NCBI GenBank assembly: GCA_965283715.1
Contig: CBDIPL010000004.1
Location: 199,780-263,779, forward strand
Length of the DNA: 64,000 nucleotides
Source of the DNA: Sediminibacterium sp.
GTDB taxonomy: Bacteria > Bacteroidota > Bacteroidia > Chitinophagales > Chitinophagaceae
Reading direction: 5' to 3'
Part shown: in pieces, positions 1 through 7,955 of the stretch
Layout of the letters: each line of letters begins with the position of its first letter
Position numbering within the stretch: position 1 is the stretch's first letter
Program-made: the position numbers and the translations under genes
The notes under the pieces: generated by a model
Told to the model about the DNA's origin: nothing
The model's database searches: none
What the model saw: the letters and a program-made list of their open reading frames with translations, nothing else

Positions 1-386
1 CCGAGGGAATTAACGTGGGTGGCGAAAATCAATTTCTCATTATCGGCGTACAGGCGGGACTAATTGCTTTATTACTATATCTCTTTATTTATATTTACAT
101 ACTGCGCACAGCCTACAAAATGACACATGAGTTAAAAGGCAAAGCGAGAAAAGTTGCGCTATTTATTCTGCTGTTAAAAATCGGAATGATCATTCCTTTT
201 CTTACCGCAGAAGCAGAGTCTTATGTATATGTAAGCTATATAACCTGGTTTTTTTCAGGACTAATGATTAATATAAAATATTATACAGATGGTGATAGGA
301 GTAGATATCAGGGACCTGAGACTTGCGAGAACGGGACAGAAAACAACGCTGGAGGAGATTTGCAAGCAATTCAGGTTGCTGGATAA
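1..386 (+). CDS. 3' fragment of an O-antigen ligase/Wzy-like multi-TM membrane protein (5' end outside window)
   Basis: Open frame from the window edge with hydrophobic helices (ENQFLIIGVQAGLIALLLYLFIYIYIL; VALFILLLKIGMIIPF; YITWFFSGLM). The stop at 386 overlaps the next gene by 98 bp, so the true 3' end is uncertain. Confidence 0.55.
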   Translation, partial: EGINVGGENQFLIIGVQAGLIALLLYLFIYIYILRTAYKMTHELKGKARKVALFILLLKIGMIIPFLTAEAESYVYVSYITWFFSGLMINIKYYTDGDRSRYQGPETCENGTENNAGGDLQAIQVAG

Positions 387-1425
387 CAACCCACACCAGT
401 TTCATTTCTTTGATGCTTCCTTCCCCGTGTACACAGGTAGAAATAAATTCATGCTGATGATGGAGCATGTGAGACAGCAATTGTGGAAACAGGTCATCCT
501 TCCTGTAAAAGCATGGCAAAAAAATTGTGATATAGTTTACTGTAACGATTATTTTGTTCCGTTTATTCACCTCAATTATAAAACTGCCTTGCTTTTTCAC
601 GATGCACTTTTTTTTGAGCATCCCGAATACTCGAATAAAATATGGCTTCAGTTATTTAAACATATTGCTTTGCCTGCAGCAAAAAGAGCAGCTTTTATTA
701 TTACACCTACTCATTTTGCCAAACAAAGGGTTCAGCATTTTACCGGTATAACCCCGGAAAAAATTTATCCGGTTTACCATGGGCCAAAAACCATGGTCTC
801 ATCCGGAGAAATAGAAACTATACCAGACTGGTTACCAACACAAAACGGCTTTCAATACATACTCCATGTAGGTGTTATGGAGAAGCGAAAAAATTTGCCT
901 CGCCTGATACTAGCTTATAAGTTGCTTAAAGATGCTGGCTATACCCAATATAAATTGGTGTTGGCAGGAAAAGGAAATGGAAAGATCCATTCTGATGATA
1001 CACAGGAAATCATGAAGGCAATAACAGACAATCAGCTCGAAAACGATGTAATACTACCGGGATACCTGCCCGACAATTTGTTACCCATCATTTACCAGCG
1101 GGCATCCCTATACGTATTCCCGTCTGTTAATGAAGGTTTTGGGATACCCATTCTCGAAGCTTTCGAAGCAGGTTTACCAGTATTGGTAGCCAATAATACC
1201 TGTTTGCCTGAGGTTGGTGGTAATGCTGTACTTACATTCGACCCGTATAACATTACTGATATTGCCGGCAAAATAAAGCAGGTATTGGATAGCGATGATA
1301 TAAGAGAATCTCTGATCCATAAAGGAAAAGAAAGACTACAATCTTTCTCATGGCAAAAATCTGCTGCCAGCATGATTACCATTTTTGAACAGGCTGCAGT
1401 AAACAAGCATAAAAAGCTGAACTAA
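289..1425 (+). CDS. Glycosyltransferase family 4 (GT-B)
   Basis: N-terminal IGVDIR, VGVMEKRKNLPRLI, and the GT4 signature FPSVNEGFGIPILEAFEAGLPV (E-x7-E). Confidence 0.93.
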   Translation: MVIGVDIRDLRLARTGQKTTLEEICKQFRLLDNNPHQFHFFDASFPVYTGRNKFMLMMEHVRQQLWKQVILPVKAWQKNCDIVYCNDYFVPFIHLNYKTALLFHDALFFEHPEYSNKIWLQLFKHIALPAAKRAAFIITPTHFAKQRVQHFTGITPEKIYPVYHGPKTMVSSGEIETIPDWLPTQNGFQYILHVGVMEKRKNLPRLILAYKLLKDAGYTQYKLVLAGKGNGKIHSDDTQEIMKAITDNQLENDVILPGYLPDNLLPIIYQRASLYVFPSVNEGFGIPILEAFEAGLPVLVANNTCLPEVGGNAVLTFDPYNITDIAGKIKQVLDSDDIRESLIHKGKERLQSFSWQKSAASMITIFEQAAVNKHKKLN

Positions 1426-1563
1426 CCTGCCAGCAAGTATCAAAATTACCCAAAGGATACGTATGCGTTCGTTCTTGATGAACTTTGTGATACAGCTTTC
1501 TTACTCTACTTTTGAAAAGAACTTTTGAGCAATTATCTAAAGACCCATCCGACAGTACCTGTT

Positions 1564-2645
1564 ATGAAGATTTTGATCCTTGGTCAAACACCACCACCCT
1601 ACGGAGGGCAAACTATTAACATTGAAAAGATGATAGCGGTATTACACCGGCATCAGTTCAATTACCGGGTGATTCGCATGAACTTTAGCGACGATATCAG
1701 TGATATGGGGCGTTTTAGCCTGAAAAAAACATTTCGCCTCCTACGCATACTCTTCCAATTACTCAAGCTACTGTTGTTGTACCGGCCCGATATTGTTTAC
1801 TATCCACCTGCGGGACCACTGCGCACTCCCATTTTTCGGGATATGATCTTATTATTTCCGATAAGGTTCTTTCGTTTCAAAATCGTATTTCATTTTCATG
1901 CGGGAGGAGTGTCAGGTGCATACAAAAGTTTTAATCAACTGCTTCAGTTAGTATATCGGTTTGTTTATTGTAAAGCCGACTACTCAATTTGCTTAAGTGA
2001 GCAGGGCAAAAAAGACCCTGAATTTCTTCAGTCAAAAAAAATATGGGTTATCCCATCTGGTGTGGAAGATATTGGCTACATCGATGTAGAAAAAAAGCAA
2101 GAACAATTTATCGTACTTTTCGCAGGACTTTGTTGCGAAAGTAAGGGCATTCTCGAATTCATAGAAATCATCCGTTCCGCGAAAAAGAGTAACCCCAATA
2201 TACATGGGAAGATTATCGGAAAGATGTTTTCTTCCAAAGAAGCAACCATTATAAAAGCCGCCGTTTCTGAAGGACTCGTTAGTTATGAGGGAATTCAGAC
2301 GGGTGAAGCAAAAAATGTACATTTCAGAACAGCCCATGCATTCCTTTTTCCTAGTTTTTTTGATTCTGAAAATTTTCCAACTGTTATCATTGAAGCTTTT
2401 TCTGCCGGGCTTCCGGTAGTGGGTTCAAGGTGGAGGGGCATTGCAAACAGGTGGTTAATAACCATAACGGATTTTTGCATGAGCTACATGATATACAAGG
2501 CATGACCACATCAATTATTGAATTGTCTAAAAAAGATGCCAGTTACAGGCAACTTACCGCAAATGCAAGAAGGGATTTTGAAACTAGGTATACCTTGGGT
2601 ATTTTTGAAGAATCTATCGTTACCGTTTATAAATCGTTCAAATGA
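1564..2645 (+). pseudogene. Glycosyltransferase family 4, split by a -1 frameshift at about 2445-2447 as sequenced
   Basis: ATG 1564 gives MKILILGQTPPPYGGQ, with FHFHAGG and FPSFFDSENFPTVIIEAFSAGLPVV. The expected C-terminus (KQVVNNHNGFL...) lies in the frame of ORF 2430..2645; one extra A in the AAA run joins the two. Confidence 0.85.
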
Positions 2646-3640
2646 TCCGTTTCTTAATTACAGGTGCCAATGGTTTTATTGGAACCAATCTTGTTGAAGC
2701 ATTACGTACAGGAATAAAAGAGCCTTATACTGCAACTTTATTGGATATCGATACTCCAAAAATTGAATTAGCATCCCACGAAACCTGGATACCGTCCAGC
2801 ATCCTGGACAAAGAGGCTATTGAGAATATTTTTTTGCAAGCAAAACCCGACATAGTCATTCATCTTGCCGCACAAACAAGTTGTGAGCCTGAAATGACCT
2901 TAGACGATTATCTGGTAAACACCAAAGGATCAGAAAACATATTTGAAGCCAGTGAAAAATATGGTATCGAATTTTTGGTACATACTTCTACACAGTTTGT
3001 AAATCAGGCAGTGGGTATGCCGGCTTCTGATACAGATTATGCGCCGCATACCGTATACGGTGAGTCGAAGGTGATTGCAGAAGAAATGTTACGCGAAACA
3101 AGATTCAGTTTTAACTGGTGTATGATCAGACCCACTAATATCTGGGGGGCTTGGCACCTGCGGTATCCGCATGAATTTTGGAAAGTTTTAAAAGAAGGTA
3201 AATATTTTCATCCCGGTAAAAAGAAAGTAGTACGCTCTTATGGGTATGTGGGTAATGTTTGCTGGCAGATATTAGAATTGATCAGACGTAGAAATGAGCC
3301 CGTTATTTCCAGGAATGTTTTTTATGTGGGAGATGCACCGGTAAATATGCTTGACTGGGTAAATGCATTTTCAATGGAGATCAAAAAAAAACCAGTTCGT
3401 ATTGTGCCTGGTTTTTTTGTATACACATTAGCCATCACCGGATCAATGCTACGAATATTCAAGGTGCGCTTCCCCATTACCTTATCACGGTATAAGAGCA
3501 TGACAACCGATAACCCAGCGCCTATGGAAAAAACTTTTAGCGTATTGGGAATGCCTCCTTACACACAACAGGAAGGAGCAAAACACACCACCGATTGGTT
3601 ATGGTCATTCTGGCAACGCGAAAATCCGAAAATGAAATGA
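2642..3640 (+). CDS. NAD-dependent epimerase/dehydratase (extended SDR)
   Basis: ITGANGFIG Rossmann motif, HLAA, YGESK (YxxxK), IRPTNIWG; ATGA overlap with the upstream gene. Confidence 0.9.
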   Translation: MIRFLITGANGFIGTNLVEALRTGIKEPYTATLLDIDTPKIELASHETWIPSSILDKEAIENIFLQAKPDIVIHLAAQTSCEPEMTLDDYLVNTKGSENIFEASEKYGIEFLVHTSTQFVNQAVGMPASDTDYAPHTVYGESKVIAEEMLRETRFSFNWCMIRPTNIWGAWHLRYPHEFWKVLKEGKYFHPGKKKVVRSYGYVGNVCWQILELIRRRNEPVISRNVFYVGDAPVNMLDWVNAFSMEIKKKPVRIVPGFFVYTLAITGSMLRIFKVRFPITLSRYKSMTTDNPAPMEKTFSVLGMPPYTQQEGAKHTTDWLWSFWQRENPKMK

Positions 3641-4421
3641 ATGAAACCAGTGCCGAAAAAATAAACATAGCCGGAACCGGGATTAGTAATATTACCTTAG
3701 AGGAAACGATTGCTATTTTTGATACATGGATAACCGGAGACGAAAAAAAACGTGTATGTGTAACGCCGGTTAACTGTGTAGTATGGGCCAACGATAGTGA
3801 AGCATTGAAAAATATTTATAACAGTGCAGACCTCACTTTATGTGATGGCGTTCCGCTTATTTGGGCATCCAATTTTTTAGGTAACGGAAAGTTACGTGGG
3901 CGCGTTACCGGTCTCGATCTTTTACCCGCTTTTACCGAACATTGTTATCAAAAAGGGTATTCCATGTTCTTTCTCGGCGCTGCCGAGAAAACCCTTATTC
4001 TCTTACAACAGAAATTGGAAAAACAATATCCGGGTATTCGGATTGCTGGTATGTACAGCCCTCCTTATGCCGATAAATTCAGTACAGAAGAAAATCAAAA
4101 AATCTTATCAAAGATCAACAAAAGCAAACCAGATATTGTATGGGTAAGTCTTACTGCCCCTAAGCAAGACTACTGGATAGATGAATTTTTTACTGCACTT
4201 GATGCAAAAATTATAATAGGCATTGGTGGAGCACTGGATGTTATGGCCGGAAATATCAGCCGGGCTCCCATTTGGATGCAAAAAAATGGTCTGGAATGGT
4301 TTTTCAGGTTTTATAAAGAGCCTCAACGTTTATTCCGCAGGTATTTTATAGAAGCCCCAGGATTATCCCCCTGCTTTTTCAGCAAAAATTTATGAGGCGC
4401 CAGACAAAAAAAAAGCCATAA
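3637..4421 (+). CDS. WecB/TagA/CpsF family glycosyltransferase (GT26); as sequenced it stops at 4395, and a -1 frameshift at 4355-4358 alters the last codons
   Basis: TPVN, ADLTLCDGVPLIWAS, RVTGLDL, VSLTAPKQD, GGALD, GLEWFFRFYKEPQRLFRRY motifs. ATG 3637 overlaps the upstream stop (ATGA). Confidence 0.9.
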
Positions 4422-4561
4422 ATACCTTTTAGGGCAGCATAAAAGCAAATTTTACGGTCTTGTAAATAAAAAAGAGGGTATTTAAGGTCTTTTTTTAGAG
4501 CTGCGGAGTCATTTCAACATAACTAAATGAACACAACTCCTATATAAAAATTATTAATCCT

Positions 4562-4569
4562 TAATTTAG
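4562..4569 (+). promoter_or_regulatory. Candidate Bacteroidota sigma-A -7 element (TAATTTAG, one mismatch to TAnnTTTG) upstream of wcaJ
   Basis: Lies in the 4422-4630 intergenic gap about 60 bp before the ATG at 4631; no clear -33 TTTG. Confidence 0.3.
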
Positions 4570-4630
4570 CAAAAAAACAGCCTCCCCTTGGGCTTACTGG
4601 TGTCGGAATATTTGATATATCCAGAAATTT

Positions 4631-6040
4631 ATGCCAAAGACTTATAATAAGTATACTGCGATCAGATATTTTATTGATGCACCGATAATCTGTGTTTCGT
4701 ATTTACTCGCCATTTTCTTCTCAAACCAGCGGAGCTTTCCCGGAAATCCGGGCAATATCCTGATCATGATATTGCTTTCATTGATTTTGTGGTATATAGC
4801 AGCGGCTTTTTCTCATTTATATGCTGATAGGCGCTCAAATAAGTATTCTGAAGAAATCGTCTTTATTATTTACACACTAATCATCTATGTTATCATCCTG
4901 AGTTCCGGTTTTTTTTTCCTGAATACTTTTATCCCGATTGAGCATAATGTAGTTTTTTTTATTCTGCTAGTTAGTTTGTTATTTTTTCTACTCACACTCA
5001 CCAAATATATCATCCGGAAATATCTTCACTCAGCCATTTTTCAGGGTAAACTATTTGATAACCTGCTTATAGTTGGCGCTACTGCATCGGCGTTCGATTT
5101 TTATGAAACCATCAATAAATATTACTATTATGGATATAAATGTATTGGCTTTGTAGATAATACCACCAATAAAATGAATGGCTGTTCCTACAAAGGAAAA
5201 ATTGAAAATTTATCAACTATTCTTAAAGAGAACCATGTGGATGAAGTGGTCATTGCATTACCAAACACAGAGAATGATCAGATCCAGGAATGTATTGAAG
5301 TATGTGATTTTTATGCTATCAAAGCGCGTATTGTTCCCGATCTTCAGCAATACACTTCATCCAGTATACAGGTAAACAATATCGGCATGCTGCCTGTAAT
5401 CAATATCAGGTCTTTGCCGCTTGATACCGTTTCAAGCAGGATACTGAAACGCGTATTCGATATTATATTCTCCCTTCTTTTTTTCATCTTCATCGGCATT
5501 TGGCTTTTTCCACTGATTGCTATCCTAATTAAACTTACTTCAAAAGGTCCTACGTATTTCAAACAGGAAAGATGGGGATTGAATAATGAAAAGATCACCT
5601 GCTATAAATTCAGAACCATGGTAGCAGACAACCATGATATTGATGATAATGGCTATTATTGGCAGGCCACAAAAAACGACCCCCGTATCACACGTTTTGG
5701 TGCTTTGCTCAGAAGATCTAATCTTGATGAATTGCCTCAGTTCTGGAATGTTCTGCTTGGTAATATGTCTGTAGTTGGTCCGAGACCACATCCAACTCCA
5801 TTGAACCTCGAATCTATACACACCATTGAGAATTACATGTTACGACATGTAGTAAAACCCGGCATTACCGGCTGGGCACAGGTAAATGGTTGCAGGGGCG
5901 AAACAAAAGCAATTGGTGCTATGCAAAAAAGGGTAAACTTTGACCTCTATTATATACATCGCTGGACTTTTTGGATGGATTGCCAAATCATATTACAAAC
6001 GGTGATCAATATGGTGCGTGGTGATCAAAATGCTTATTAA
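4631..6040 (+). CDS. wcaJ: Undecaprenyl-phosphate glucose phosphotransferase (WcaJ-type initiating PGT)
   Basis: Four N-terminal TM helices, a CoA-binding-like middle domain, then KRVFDI, YKFRTM, DPRITRFGALLRRSNLDELPQFWNVLLGNMSVVGPRP, VKPGITGWAQVNGCRGE and a C-terminal NAY. Confidence 0.93.
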   Translation: MPKTYNKYTAIRYFIDAPIICVSYLLAIFFSNQRSFPGNPGNILIMILLSLILWYIAAAFSHLYADRRSNKYSEEIVFIIYTLIIYVIILSSGFFFLNTFIPIEHNVVFFILLVSLLFFLLTLTKYIIRKYLHSAIFQGKLFDNLLIVGATASAFDFYETINKYYYYGYKCIGFVDNTTNKMNGCSYKGKIENLSTILKENHVDEVVIALPNTENDQIQECIEVCDFYAIKARIVPDLQQYTSSSIQVNNIGMLPVINIRSLPLDTVSSRILKRVFDIIFSLLFFIFIGIWLFPLIAILIKLTSKGPTYFKQERWGLNNEKITCYKFRTMVADNHDIDDNGYYWQATKNDPRITRFGALLRRSNLDELPQFWNVLLGNMSVVGPRPHPTPLNLESIHTIENYMLRHVVKPGITGWAQVNGCRGETKAIGAMQKRVNFDLYYIHRWTFWMDCQIILQTVINMVRGDQNAY

Positions 6041-6098
6041 GCTTACTTTATAAATTAGTAAGTACGTTTTGCAAATTCCTAGAATTAACTAATCTACG

Positions 6099-6146
6099 TT
6101 GCGATCTTTGCCTATTCCTTGCGACCTTTGCGTTTCATCGGTTAAA
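6099..6146. repeat. Short intergenic direct repeat TTGCGA(T/C)CTTTGC x2 (20-nt period) followed by GGTTAAA
   Basis: Copies at 6099-6111 and 6119-6131 differ by one base. Confidence 0.6.
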
Positions 6147-6163
6147 TAACAGATAATATTAGT

Positions 6164-7834
6164 ATGCTAAAAGTCATCAAAAAAATGAATAGAAAAAGAA
6201 TATTACTTGTTTTACATATAGTCATATCTCTCCTTTTTACCAGCACCCTTAAAAGCCAGGCAGTATGGGAAAATAATACGAACGAAGTGTACCATTTTCT
6301 GTACCGTATGGCACAGAAAGGAATCATTGATTTTGATGATAATATACGACCACTGAGCAGAATATATTTGGGATCTTGTTTAGATTCTCTGTCTGTAAAA
6401 ACATCTTTACTCTCAAAGACCGAATTAAAGGAACTCGTTTTTTACCAACAAGAATACACTGATAAACAACTCAATTCCCTAACGGCACCTTCCCGTTTTT
6501 TAAAAAAAGATGCTTACAACAGATGGCGCTTACTTGATATCAATACGGATAATTTTATGATGCGTGTTGATCCTGTACTCACAGCGGCAACCATACAGGG
6601 TACTAACAAAAATGTACAGCAATATAGCTCGGGAGTTTCATTATATGGGTATGCAGGGAAGCACTGGTCTTACTACTTTTCATACAACGATGTAAATGAA
6701 AAAGGTACCGGACTGGATACACTTCGCCTGTTTACACCGCAATCGGGTATTGTTACCAAGATCGCCTCAAATAAAAAAAGTCACAACTATAGTGAGCTAC
6801 GCGGTGGCATCACTTACAGTTTTAAAAATGGCTCTATCAGTTTTGCCCAGGACCAGTTATTATGGGGTTATGGAGATAATGGACGCATTGTATTATCAAA
6901 CAAAAGCCCAGCCTACCCTTTTATCCGGTTTGATTATAAACCATTACGCTGGTTAAGTTTCAATTATGTGCATGCATGGCTTAATTCAGGAATTATTGAT
7001 TCTGCAAAAACCTATCCAACCGGTATCCCGGGAGGTGCATTTAATGGGCAACGTGAATTTTTCATTCCTAAATTCATGGCTATGCACAGTATCCAGGTTA
7101 CCCCGATAAAAGGTCTTGATATTAGTTTTGGCGAGTCGATTGTTTACAGCGACAGATTAGATGTTGGCTATCTCATACCGGTACTTTTTTATAAAGCATA
7201 CGATAACCTGGTAAACAATAATAACATTAATGCAGGCTCTAATGGCCAATTATTTGCGCAAGTAAGCTCACGCAACCATATCCCCAAAACACATTTGTAT
7301 GGAAGTTTGTTTATTGATGAGATACGGATTGCCTCAATCTTTGACAAAAATAAAAGCAGAAACCAACTTGGATTTACGGTGGGAGCTTCTACAACAGATC
7401 TCATGATTCCCTACCTCACAATGGGTGTGGAATATACCCGTATCAACCCATTTGTATATCGTAACCTCCTTCCTTCACAGAATTATTCCAACAGTAATTA
7501 CACAATGGGCGACTGGATGGGCAACAACGCAGACCGGTTTATTTATACCATTCGCTATACCCCTATTCCAAAACTTAAATGTCTGATGCGATACCAGTAT
7601 ATTCGTAAGGGGGGTATGGGTACCCTGAATCAACAATATTTTCAGCAACCACAGCCAGGCTTTCTCTTCGACCAGCAAACCAACCAACAGGAATTTGAGT
7701 TGCAGGTGGTTTATGAGTGGATCAACAAATTAAATCTCTACGGGCAATTCGATTCTCAGCACATCAAAAATTATGTCTCCAACAGCACCCAAACTAACCA
7801 ATTGGTTACATTAGGTGTACGTTATGGGTTATAA
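6164..7834 (+). CDS. Capsule assembly Wzi-family outer-membrane beta-barrel protein (copy 1)
   Basis: Signal-peptide-like N-terminus (RKRILLVLHIVISLLFTSTLKSQA), DQLLWGYGDNGRIVLSNKSPAYP, alternating beta-strand pattern and C-terminal LGVRYGL. The start could be 6185. Confidence 0.75.
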   Translation: MLKVIKKMNRKRILLVLHIVISLLFTSTLKSQAVWENNTNEVYHFLYRMAQKGIIDFDDNIRPLSRIYLGSCLDSLSVKTSLLSKTELKELVFYQQEYTDKQLNSLTAPSRFLKKDAYNRWRLLDINTDNFMMRVDPVLTAATIQGTNKNVQQYSSGVSLYGYAGKHWSYYFSYNDVNEKGTGLDTLRLFTPQSGIVTKIASNKKSHNYSELRGGITYSFKNGSISFAQDQLLWGYGDNGRIVLSNKSPAYPFIRFDYKPLRWLSFNYVHAWLNSGIIDSAKTYPTGIPGGAFNGQREFFIPKFMAMHSIQVTPIKGLDISFGESIVYSDRLDVGYLIPVLFYKAYDNLVNNNNINAGSNGQLFAQVSSRNHIPKTHLYGSLFIDEIRIASIFDKNKSRNQLGFTVGASTTDLMIPYLTMGVEYTRINPFVYRNLLPSQNYSNSNYTMGDWMGNNADRFIYTIRYTPIPKLKCLMRYQYIRKGGMGTLNQQYFQQPQPGFLFDQQTNQQEFELQVVYEWINKLNLYGQFDSQHIKNYVSNSTQTNQLVTLGVRYGL

Positions 7835-7897
7835 ACCAAGGCTATTTTGTATTAATGTGGTTTCGCTTTGCCACAAAGGGCCGAAGTTTAGGGTAAT

Positions 7898-7925
7898 AGC
7901 TGTTGCGTAACAGCTTGTAGCTTAT
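7898..7925. repeat. Degenerate heptamer array AGCTGTT/GCGTAAC/AGCTTGT/AGCTTAT containing a 7-bp hairpin (AGCTGTT-GCGT-AACAGCT, 7898-7915)
   Basis: AGCT recurs at 7898, 7912 and 7919 (multiples of 7); the inverted repeat is perfect. Confidence 0.5.
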
Positions 7926-7933
7926 GTTTTTAC

Positions 7934-7941
7934 TATATTTG
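7934..7941 (+). promoter_or_regulatory. Bacteroidota sigma-A -7 element TATATTTG upstream of the SLBB export gene
   Basis: Exact TAnnTTTG match 14 bp before the ATG at 7956; a TTG at 7915-7917 is a possible -33 element. Confidence 0.55.
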
Positions 7942-7955
7942 GGTAATTTCTTATT

